Source of the DNA: a virus
Taxonomy: Duplodnaviria; Caudoviricetes
Length of the DNA: 44,150 bases
Reading direction: 5' to 3' (one strand)
Virus record (IMG/VR): IMGVR_UViG_3300032212_000033
Location: 1 to 44,150 of that record
The position numbers were made by a program, and so were the translations under genes. The notes beneath the pieces are model-generated. The model saw only the letters and a program-made list of their open reading frames with translations. It made no database searches and was not told the origin of the DNA. Of this stretch, positions 36,051 through 44,150 are shown piece after piece (the first letter of the stretch is position 1; the number at the start of each line of letters is the position of its first letter).

Positions 36051-37942
36051 TGAAGCCTACAATTGATCATTTAAAAGACAGTTTTAAAATTAGTGCTGAC
36101 GTGTTTAGAGATAGCCGTAATGAAGGTATGGAGGTCTTAGACTTCTATCACAATCGTCAGTTTACAAAAGAAGAGATTTCAATAATTCAGGATAGAGGTC
36201 AGCCAGTTGAAACTTTTAACATTGTTAAAATGCTTACTCATGCTACACTAGGTTATCTTAGTACAGTATCTAATGAGGTTCAGGTTAAGCCTAGACACTT
36301 TAATGATGCCTTATCAGCTCACCTGGTTGGGGATACTGTGGAGCATGTATTAGAAACCAATGACTTCGATGAAGTTTCTCTTGAACTTAAACAAGATATG
36401 CTTCTATTTGGTTTATCTTGTTGTTACGAGAACGTGGTACCTACTGGTGAGATGGACCAATATGGTAGAAAGCTTTATAGGATAGAGCTTACACGTATCC
36501 CACCATGGCAAGTGCATATTGACCCTTTAAGTAGGCTAGCTGATTATTCTGATGCTAGGTACATTCATAGGTACCAATGGATAGCTGAAGAGGAGCTTCA
36601 AGCTAGATGGCCTAACAAGGTTAAGAAGTTAAGCAGTGATGAATATAACTTTCTTGATGATGATGAGCAAGCTGAATTCATTAGAGAGTATGGAAAGAAG
36701 TTTGTAGGTAAATATAACTACTGGCACAACTACCTAATAGTTCACTCTATTGTAAAAGAGGTAAAGGGCAAAGAGGTTAAATACTGGTCAGTCATTTGGT
36801 CTGATGAGTGGATACTTGAGAAGAAAGAGGTTACTTATAAAGATGTTAAGTTTCCTTATAGAGTGTCTAGGCTATTCAAGAGTGATAGAGCTGAGTTTTA
36901 CTCTATGCATAGAGAAGTTATTGAGAGTCAGAAAGCTATCAATCAAGCCTTGATTCAAATACAAATGCTTGTAAACACCTCTAAGGCTATTGTAGAAAAA
37001 GGTGCTGTTGAAGACATAGACGAATTTAGAGAAGCTTTTAACAGAGTTAACACTGTACTAGAGGTTGAATTTCTAGCAGGTGTTAAAATTGAGGACATGA
37101 GTAGAGACGTGCAGGCTCAATACATAATTATCAACAATGCTTTAGAACGTGTAAAGTCAGTCTTAGGTGTTAACGATAGTTTCTTAGGTAATGCAGCTGC
37201 TTCAGACTCAGGTAGAAAGGTTCAGATACAGCGTCAATCAAGTGCTAGTCAAATGACTGTAATAGTTAATTCCATTAACCATATGTTAAAGCATATTGGT
37301 AGGGACGTAGTAGCTCTTATACAGCAGTACTATACAGCTGAGCAAGTCCTTAGAGTTAGTGACATGGTTAGTGGTGATAGGTATATTGAGATTAACAAAC
37401 CTCTGCAAGTACCTACAGGTCAGATGGACCCTATGACTGGTCAGATGGCTATGACTGTTATCTATGATGAAGAGCTTGACCCTGAAACTGGTGAGCCTAT
37501 GGAAGATGAGTTTGGTAACATTATAGTTACGCCACTTAATAACCCTGATACTGATATCCGTTATTCAAAAGTGGATGTTAAAGTTGAGCCAGTTCCTTAC
37601 AATAACGCTGAAGAACGTAACCAACTAATGTTTGAGACATTCCTACAAGGTCCAGTTGGTCAGTACGTAGGTCAGCTTGATCCAGCTAGTTATGTGCAAG
37701 CTGCGTCTTTACAGATTAAAGAGTTTGGAGCTAAAGACAGTATTAAGATAGCTAAGATACTTGATGACTTAGCAACTAAGATTAGTGGTGGTCAGATTGA
37801 CCCTACACTGGCTCAGACTGGTGGAGACACTCAAGCTGTATTAGGTGGAGCTAATGGAGGTAACATAGGTAATGCTAACAACGCTGGACCTAAGTCACCT
37901 ACGTTACAAATACCTACTAAATATAATGAAGGAAATGCATAA
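36050..37942 (+). CDS. Portal protein (P22-like)
   Basis: FYHNRQF...RGQPVETFN, IDP..RLADYSDARY, SQKAIN, SGRKVQ, YYTAEQVLRV. Confidence 0.85.
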   Translation: MKPTIDHLKDSFKISADVFRDSRNEGMEVLDFYHNRQFTKEEISIIQDRGQPVETFNIVKMLTHATLGYLSTVSNEVQVKPRHFNDALSAHLVGDTVEHVLETNDFDEVSLELKQDMLLFGLSCCYENVVPTGEMDQYGRKLYRIELTRIPPWQVHIDPLSRLADYSDARYIHRYQWIAEEELQARWPNKVKKLSSDEYNFLDDDEQAEFIREYGKKFVGKYNYWHNYLIVHSIVKEVKGKEVKYWSVIWSDEWILEKKEVTYKDVKFPYRVSRLFKSDRAEFYSMHREVIESQKAINQALIQIQMLVNTSKAIVEKGAVEDIDEFREAFNRVNTVLEVEFLAGVKIEDMSRDVQAQYIIINNALERVKSVLGVNDSFLGNAAASDSGRKVQIQRQSSASQMTVIVNSINHMLKHIGRDVVALIQQYYTAEQVLRVSDMVSGDRYIEINKPLQVPTGQMDPMTGQMAMTVIYDEELDPETGEPMEDEFGNIIVTPLNNPDTDIRYSKVDVKVEPVPYNNAEERNQLMFETFLQGPVGQYVGQLDPASYVQAASLQIKEFGAKDSIKIAKILDDLATKISGGQIDPTLAQTGGDTQAVLGGANGGNIGNANNAGPKSPTLQIPTKYNEGNA

Positions 37943-39552
37943 TGGGAATGTTTACTGGTCAAGCCTTACTGGCAGGTGTACAAGGCTTCCAAGCCGAGCA
38001 AGATAGAGGACAGAAGCAACGTTTAGTGGCTGAACAAATTGAAGGTGCTAAGACACAGAATAAACAGTCTGAACTAGCTCTTCAAACGGCTCAACAAGAG
38101 AGTGATCTAATGAAAGGTTATATAGATAACCAACTCAATATTCAGAAAGCTCAGGCTGACACACCTAGGAAACTTCAACAGTTTATAGAGACTATGGATT
38201 ACCAAGGTAGTCAAGGTGATCAAGCTACAGCTAACCGTAGTTACACTCAAGCTGGTAATGCCTTAGTTGAGTGGTCAAATAGTAACCCAGCCACTAAGCA
38301 AATGTTTGGTGACTTTAGGACTGTTAACTTCAGTTCTGATGCAGATATGAATAGGGTGAAAAACTGGCTTGCTGAGAGTGGTCAGCCAGTTAAAGGCTTG
38401 GATGCTGGTCAACTAGAGAACCTAGTCACTAGTTCAGGATTGTTTATTACTGAGCAAGGAGTAGTTCCTCTACCTACAGTCACTCAGATTACAGGTGCTT
38501 ACAAGGATATGAGTAAGCAGTCACTGGCTGATATGGATTATGCTATTAAGGCTTCTAAGGGTATGCTTACTAAAGCTAACGTGGTCAATACTGTCAAGTA
38601 TAACGTAGAAGAGGCAGCTGTTAAAGCTATCATGGGTAGTGATGAACCTGAGGATGTTAAGGCATCAAAGCTTCTAAAGCTTTACTCTCAGAAGCATGCA
38701 CCTAAAGGAACAAAGCCTACATTAAATGAAGAGTTTGAGCAATCTGACCTTTATCAAGAAGGTATGAAAGGTGAAGCATATAGGAAAGCACTTAGACAGT
38801 TCAAGGGTGAGAAAGCTGAGTCAGGTGAAGCAGAGGAGTCTTCACAAAGCATTTATGATTTTGGCAAGTCTATCAATTATAGGAGTGATGATTTTAAGGT
38901 GTCTGATGAGATGCTTGATGATGCGGCTGCTCTTGAAAGTCCTAAGTCACGTAAAGCTTACAAGAAAGAGATAGGTGAGCTTAAAGCACTTAAGACAGCT
39001 TTCAAGAAGTCAGGTGAGCTATCCAAGAAGCTTAAAGACCCTAACTTCAATGCTGGTTGGACAGCTACAATTAAGACAGCAGCTGAGAAAGCTATGCCAT
39101 CAGGAGCTTTTGAAGGTCTTTCAGATCAGGAGAAAGTTGAACAGACTATGAAGATTATGGTTAACACTGAAGCTGGTATGATACTATCAGACTACATGAG
39201 ATCAATATCAGGTACAGCCGTAGCAGATGCCGAAGCTGCAAGACTATCAAACATCTTTAGTGCTGGTGCATATGCTAATAAGCAGGCTTTTCAAGATGCT
39301 GTTAGAGCTTTTACAGGTGGTATAGGTTCTACTATCAAAGAAGGTGCTAAGGATTATTTCATAGATGTGCCTTTACAATCTCTTAGATTATTAGAGGCTA
39401 CTCAAGGTAAAGAACCTGAGGCAAAGGTTGAGAAGCCTAAACCATTTAAGTCACCTAAAACAATACCTACATTTGAGCAGTTCAAGGCTAAGTTCCCTGC
39501 AGCTACAGAAGAGCAGTATGGTCAATGGGTAGCTTCAAAGAAAGGAGCCTAA
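37942..39552 (+). CDS. Internal virion/ejection protein
   Basis: Helical Ala/Gln/Lys-rich; SGTAVADAEAARL motif common in ejection proteins. Confidence 0.68.
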   Translation: MGMFTGQALLAGVQGFQAEQDRGQKQRLVAEQIEGAKTQNKQSELALQTAQQESDLMKGYIDNQLNIQKAQADTPRKLQQFIETMDYQGSQGDQATANRSYTQAGNALVEWSNSNPATKQMFGDFRTVNFSSDADMNRVKNWLAESGQPVKGLDAGQLENLVTSSGLFITEQGVVPLPTVTQITGAYKDMSKQSLADMDYAIKASKGMLTKANVVNTVKYNVEEAAVKAIMGSDEPEDVKASKLLKLYSQKHAPKGTKPTLNEEFEQSDLYQEGMKGEAYRKALRQFKGEKAESGEAEESSQSIYDFGKSINYRSDDFKVSDEMLDDAAALESPKSRKAYKKEIGELKALKTAFKKSGELSKKLKDPNFNAGWTATIKTAAEKAMPSGAFEGLSDQEKVEQTMKIMVNTEAGMILSDYMRSISGTAVADAEAARLSNIFSAGAYANKQAFQDAVRAFTGGIGSTIKEGAKDYFIDVPLQSLRLLEATQGKEPEAKVEKPKPFKSPKTIPTFEQFKAKFPAATEEQYGQWVASKKGA

Positions 39553-42141
39553 ATGGAGGAGTTAGATTTTGAAGGTGCTGAGGCATTTGTTGAAGATTTA
39601 GATTTTGAAGGTGCTGAGGAGTTCACGGGTAATGTTATAGCCTTTGAACAACCTGAACCTACCCTTACAGCTACTGATAGTTCTGAGACTCCTATGGATA
39701 TTCCTGAAGACACTCAGGCAACAATGTCCTCAAAGGAGTTAGAGGCTTCAGGTCACGCAGGTCAATTAGGTGAACAGCTTCAACTAGGTGTAGCCTCTAC
39801 GTTTGGTGGTGCCTATCAAGGAGCTTTAGACCTAGCTGATATGGTAGGTATTGATGTTAGCCAGGAGAGTGAACTAAACCTTAAAACACTTGAAATGATT
39901 AACACTCAAATGAAAGCTTATGGTGATGATAGCATGTTCTCTCCTAGTAATGTAGGTGAGATGCTTCCATCCCTTGCAACGTTACCAGTGGCTTATGCCT
40001 CTAAACTTGCAGGCTTTGTGGTAGAGGGTTCAATAGCTTACGCTGATTCAAGAGGGTCAGAAGCACCTATATCAGAGTCACTAACTAACATGGTTATTGC
40101 TGGTGGTTTAACTGCGGGTAGTAAATATGTGTTTGATTACTTTGCTCAGAAAGGGCCAAGAGCACTTCAAATGGTTAAAGATGAGTTAGGTGTAGATGAT
40201 AAAGCTTTAACGGGTATCTATACTAGGTTTGGTAAGGTAGTAGGTAAAGACGTAGCTAGCATGACTGATGGTGATAAAGCTGTAGCACTCCTATCACAGG
40301 GAAAGGATAAAGGTGCGGCAATTCTCCATGAGATAGTAGCTAGTGATTTCAAGGCTCAAAAAGCTATGGATGCTTTACATAAGTCTAAGGTCAATGCGCA
40401 AGGTAGGTTAATAGGTGAGAAGGCTAATGTAGCTAAAGCAATCAAACCTATACTAGAGCAGAAGAAGTTCGCTAGTCAGTCATATGCAGAGTTTAAAAAC
40501 TTTCTAACAAAAGCTAAACCTTCTGTAGTTGTTCAGCCTGATCAAGTAACTAAGATAGTTGAAGCTTTAGCTGACATACCTGAACTCAGTAGACAGCCTA
40601 TTGCTAATAGAGTCATGAAGACCTTAAGTAAGAAGCTTGAAAGTGGTGAAGCTATCTCAATGGAGGATTTGTTTGATGCTAGAGAAGCTATGAATGCTGT
40701 AACACTGAAAACCAAAAATGTGGATAAGAAAACCTTTGAAACAATGAAGGGTCAGAAGTTTATAGATAGTATGATTGAAGCTAACATGCCTGAGTCAGGT
40801 GCTAAGCTATGGAGTCAGCTTAAAGGTGAACTAAAACTAAGCTATGCTTTAGGTGGTAAGAACACTAAGGCTGAGCTTAACAACGTCTTTGGCTCCCTTC
40901 TTAGTGATGCAGGTAAAGGTAAAATGACCTACAAAGCTATCTTAGATAACATCTATAAGACGTCAGGTAATACTAATAAGTTAATGGGTAGACACTCATT
41001 CAATCAAATTAGGGATGCTATTGGGTCAGTTAAGATGGAGCAGTTTGAGCGTGGCCTTGTCAAAGAGATTATGGAGGGCACTGGTGATGATTTAGGTAAG
41101 ACAATTGATAGAGTTGATAACCTAGGTTTTGTAACTCCTGAAGGTAAAGCCTTGAAGAAAGAGCTGAAGGCTTTAGATAGAGTGTTCAGTTCTGATGACT
41201 ATTATAAGCTAGCTGCTAATGTATTGTCAGGTAGAGCTGACATTGATGGTACATCCATTACAGCTAACCTTCTTAGTAAGCTGAAGTATACAGCTTCAGG
41301 AGCTTCATGGAATTGGTTGAAGAAGCTAGTACCTACTGAGAAGAATAAGTTCATCAAAAACATGGACCACCTAACAAAGATGATAGGTAAGACTAACCTA
41401 AGTGTAGCGGATTTAAGAGGTGTAAACCCTAGCACCTTTAGGGAGTACCAAGGAGTTGTTAGAGAGAGTATTCAGAACACTATTGATGAAGACTTAGTAA
41501 GGTTCAAAGAAGATTTCAACCTAGACAATGCTGAAGTGATTGACGCTGATGAAGTAGCTAAGCAGGCTGGTGATGTGTTTGATACCAGTGTAATACCTGA
41601 AACTAAACAACTGCCTGGAGGAGCTAAACAGCTTCCAGCACAGGCTAGTGGTGATACGGCTATTCCTATGGCTGCACCTAAGGCTTCAGGTATTAAGGGT
41701 GAGAAAGTTGCTCTTGAAGCCTTCATTAAAGACCATAGGTCAGTAGATAGCGGTAAGATAGATAAGATAGTTAAATCAGCTACTCCTGATGTTCAAGCTA
41801 CTCCTGAAGCACCTTTATACAGAGGTATGCGTATGAGTGATATGGAATTTCAACGTATGATTGATAGTGGAGAGTACATAAGTAGAAAACCTGACTCATT
41901 CTCTACAGACCTAATGTCAGCTAAAGGTTTCACCCTTGAGCAGTTCACTGGAGCTAGTAAAGGTAAGAATGAGGTCATCTTGGTTGATTCTAATGGTAAA
42001 GGTGTTAACTTAGGTGAAGGAAATCAGTTTGGTGTTAAGAGTATTGAAGATGAAGTATTAGTACCTAAAGGCACAAAATATAAGATTAAATCTACCAAGA
42101 AAGAAGATGGTAGAACTATTGTAGAGGTGGAACAGCTTTAG
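39553..42141 (+). CDS. Large ejection-type protein with C-terminal ADP-ribosyltransferase domain
   Basis: Last structural gene; C-terminal LYRG, SFST, IEDEVLVPKGTKYKI (R-S-ExE). Confidence 0.78.
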   Translation: MEELDFEGAEAFVEDLDFEGAEEFTGNVIAFEQPEPTLTATDSSETPMDIPEDTQATMSSKELEASGHAGQLGEQLQLGVASTFGGAYQGALDLADMVGIDVSQESELNLKTLEMINTQMKAYGDDSMFSPSNVGEMLPSLATLPVAYASKLAGFVVEGSIAYADSRGSEAPISESLTNMVIAGGLTAGSKYVFDYFAQKGPRALQMVKDELGVDDKALTGIYTRFGKVVGKDVASMTDGDKAVALLSQGKDKGAAILHEIVASDFKAQKAMDALHKSKVNAQGRLIGEKANVAKAIKPILEQKKFASQSYAEFKNFLTKAKPSVVVQPDQVTKIVEALADIPELSRQPIANRVMKTLSKKLESGEAISMEDLFDAREAMNAVTLKTKNVDKKTFETMKGQKFIDSMIEANMPESGAKLWSQLKGELKLSYALGGKNTKAELNNVFGSLLSDAGKGKMTYKAILDNIYKTSGNTNKLMGRHSFNQIRDAIGSVKMEQFERGLVKEIMEGTGDDLGKTIDRVDNLGFVTPEGKALKKELKALDRVFSSDDYYKLAANVLSGRADIDGTSITANLLSKLKYTASGASWNWLKKLVPTEKNKFIKNMDHLTKMIGKTNLSVADLRGVNPSTFREYQGVVRESIQNTIDEDLVRFKEDFNLDNAEVIDADEVAKQAGDVFDTSVIPETKQLPGGAKQLPAQASGDTAIPMAAPKASGIKGEKVALEAFIKDHRSVDSGKIDKIVKSATPDVQATPEAPLYRGMRMSDMEFQRMIDSGEYISRKPDSFSTDLMSAKGFTLEQFTGASKGKNEVILVDSNGKGVNLGEGNQFGVKSIEDEVLVPKGTKYKIKSTKKEDGRTIVEVEQL

Positions 42142-42320
42142 CCGTTCCATACTGTCTCAGGGTGTGTAGCCTCATACTTAGTTTGTATAAGCTCTCTTTC
42201 ACATGCAGCTGCATGGCTGTCATGCCCTTTGTTTTTAGCATCAAGTATCTCACGTGTTAGCCACGCCACTTGTTGAAACTTCATTTTACCTATTTCACTT
42301 AGTTTGAATATCTTGCTCAT
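42138..42320 (-). CDS. Hypothetical protein
   Basis: AAGGA SD, ATGA overlap. Confidence 0.6.
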   Translation of the reverse strand: MSKIFKLSEIGKMKFQQVAWLTREILDAKNKGHDSHAAACERELIQTKYEATHPETVWNG

Positions 42321-42517
42321 AACAAATCCTTTTCATCAAGTGGTTCAAATGCACCACCAGTTAAAACTTCTACAATAAGCTGAGGCAAATCTTCCATCAT
42401 CTTATTGAACCTTTTCATGGCAGCTAACTCATCTTCTTCAATGAAGATGACGTCACGCTCTCCACGAACATTAGCTATAACCTTGTTACCTTCAATCGTT
42501 AGGTTACACACAGTCAT
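42317..42517 (-). CDS. Hypothetical protein
   Basis: AAGGAG SD. Confidence 0.6.
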   Translation of the reverse strand: MTVCNLTIEGNKVIANVRGERDVIFIEEDELAAMKRFNKMMEDLPQLIVEVLTGGAFEPLDEKDLL

Positions 42518-42896
42518 TCATATACTCCTTTACTTGGTCTATATTGTAGGCTATAAGAGCGTTACCACCTAGCCTACGAACGATGTTTATTTTCTCTATC
42601 TGTAAAGGTTCATGCTTCTTCAAGCCCTTCTGACCTTCTTTAATAACATAGAGTCCATCTACCTCATCAATACAGCTCATCACTCTTTGATAGTCCACAG
42701 CTGTCTTAACCTCTACAGCTAGGTAAACTAGTATAGGTGCTTCTTGGTAGCCTGTATCCTCATCAGGTGGAGCTTGCATAGGCCACCCGCATTGTAGGTC
42801 GGCCTCACCAGCTTTAGTGTAGTTGCCATTAATAGCTCTACCACCTAATGCTTCAATACCTTTTATGATTTTTGATTGATATGCTGACTCTTTCAT
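42504..42896 (-). CDS. VRR-NUC/Holliday-junction-resolvase-like PD-(D/E)xK nuclease
   Basis: KESAYQ..I, GEADL, AVEVKT, LQ...I...GG. Confidence 0.8.
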   Translation of the reverse strand: MKESAYQSKIIKGIEALGGRAINGNYTKAGEADLQCGWPMQAPPDEDTGYQEAPILVYLAVEVKTAVDYQRVMSCIDEVDGLYVIKEGQKGLKKHEPLQIEKINIVRRLGGNALIAYNIDQVKEYMNDCV

Positions 42897-43753
42897 TAGT
42901 CTATCTCCTCTTTAGTTTTATCGTGTCTAACACTTATAAATGTTGGTTGAATGTAGGTGTCTAATAACTGTTCATAACGTATCTCAACTACCTTACCTAC
43001 AAAATCCCCGTTAAGTCTAGACTCATCACTAAGTCCACTACCTACACTAACTACCCTACCTTTAGAGTCCTTCAAGACTAAAGCACCTATCATACCTTCA
43101 TACTTGCCAGTACCTTCAGTTTCACCTATGCAAAGTAAATCCACGGTAGGACGTTTCTTGTACTTACAAAAGTTAATCTTTCTGCTTTTAGTGTTTGACC
43201 ACTGCCAGTCAGGGTCTATTAGCATGATACCTTCATACCCACTTCTAACAGTGCATCTAAGATAGTCCTCAACCTCTTCAATGCTATACATTAATCTAGG
43301 CATAACTATCTTATCAACCCCTACTGGTAGATAGAGGAGTTCATTCATAACCTCACTAAACTTTCTTTTAGTTGCTCCAGCATCATACTCCTCCAAGGTC
43401 ATTTTAAAGTGTATCTTGTAGGAATGTCCTGTACTTGTCTGAGCTGTCTTTGGCCCTCTAAGATTACATCTAACTCTATCACCTAGCTTGCCAAGTCCTG
43501 CGACTCTTTCAGCTATGTAAACACCATCTGCAGCTACATCAAAGCAATCACCACCATTGTCAGTGTGGCTATAATTGAGGCCACCACTAGTCGTAAAAGT
43601 TGTTCGTCCATTCTCCCTCCTTACAGTAACATAGTTACCATCATACTTGATAGAGGCATAAAGTGGAAACTTTAGCTTCTTTTTTAATAGCTTACCTTGA
43701 GCCTGGTCCTGCAACAGTTTGTTGTAATCTAAAGCTTTATTTATTTTTGCCAT
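42896..43753 (-). CDS. ATP-dependent DNA ligase
   Basis: KYDG adenylation motif, YEGIML, KYKK, VGSGLSD OB domain. Confidence 0.93.
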   Translation of the reverse strand: MAKINKALDYNKLLQDQAQGKLLKKKLKFPLYASIKYDGNYVTVRRENGRTTFTTSGGLNYSHTDNGGDCFDVAADGVYIAERVAGLGKLGDRVRCNLRGPKTAQTSTGHSYKIHFKMTLEEYDAGATKRKFSEVMNELLYLPVGVDKIVMPRLMYSIEEVEDYLRCTVRSGYEGIMLIDPDWQWSNTKSRKINFCKYKKRPTVDLLCIGETEGTGKYEGMIGALVLKDSKGRVVSVGSGLSDESRLNGDFVGKVVEIRYEQLLDTYIQPTFISVRHDKTKEEID

Positions 43754-44123
43754 CTAAAAACTCCTTTATCATTCTAGCTTCCTCCTCAGGTGTGCTTTGA
43801 GGGTACTTGTCGGTATCTTCTTTCTTTCGACCTTTGATATCAAACTGAGCAAACTCCTTAGCAACGCAGAACTTACATCCTCTTGATACACCTCTCAATA
43901 ATTGAGACGACCTATGAATAGCTAAGGTTCCACACTTGCATATAACCTCTACTTCATAGGTGTTTAGGTAGTGGAGCACTGTCCAATTACCGAACGCTTG
44001 ACCAACCTTTATGTCTTGACCTCAAATAACAACCTTTATAGTTAATGCCCCTAGAGCTATCATACCTACGAACATTCCTACTACAATAGCAAGGATTAGT
44101 ACCCCTGCCAACATTAACTTCAC
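43737..44123 (-). CDS. TM helix plus Cys4 zinc-ribbon protein spanning the terminal overlap (128 aa using the left-copy allele)
   Basis: GQAFGNWTVL...CKCG...GCKFC; frame is open upstream in the left copy (TCA) but stopped in the right copy (TGA at 44022-44024). Confidence 0.55.
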
Positions 44124-44150
44124 ATTACTGTATAGCTCTTTCATAACTTG
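43954..44150. repeat. Terminal direct repeat, right copy
   Basis: Matches 1-197 with one mismatch. Confidence 0.97.

Noticed and set aside
23422-41726. Nested ORFs in the structural arm (23422, 25208, 27561, 28019, 29652, 29843, 33206, 38771, 41202, 41472)
   Set aside because: Antisense or off-frame shadows caused by codon bias
44022-44024. Stop-codon reassignment (TGA readthrough)
   Set aside because: TAA, TAG and TGA all terminate genes normally elsewhere; the other copy has TCA

Overview
The window is essentially one complete, circularly closed genome (about 43,953 bp unit; bases 1-197 recur at 43954-44150 with one mismatch) of a lytic podovirus-type tailed phage. No integrase, RNA polymerase, tRNA or CRISPR array was recognised. 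Minus-strand arm: small early genes, an AEP-primase/SF3-helicase, a Dda/RecD-like helicase, SSB, family A DNA polymerase, 5'-3' exonuclease, SF2 helicase, ATP-dependent ligase, VRR-NUC-like nuclease and both terminase subunits. Plus-strand arm (21448-42141): scaffold, N4-like capsid, adaptor, tail fibre/appendages, holin and M15 endolysin, tail nozzle, GNAT, ejection proteins and a P22-like portal. Highlights: (1) a 7-deazaguanine DNA-modification operon (folE, queD, queE, DpdL-like QueD paralogue, DpdA-like transglycosylase, no queC) that also carries a DUF3310-like kinase/phosphoribosyltransferase fusion and a MazG-like pyrophosphatase, directly downstream of the polymerase and exonuclease; (2) a large ejection-type protein ending in an R-S-ExE ADP-ribosyltransferase domain; (3) near-total avoidance of CCAGA/TCTGG; (4) a recurrent TTAAG-N5-ATWAAG-N9-11-TATAAT promoter architecture suggesting a Campylobacterota host; (5) a repeat-rich non-coding region at 18.6-19.2 kb, probably the true genome end or origin. 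All family calls come from visual motif recognition, not database searches.
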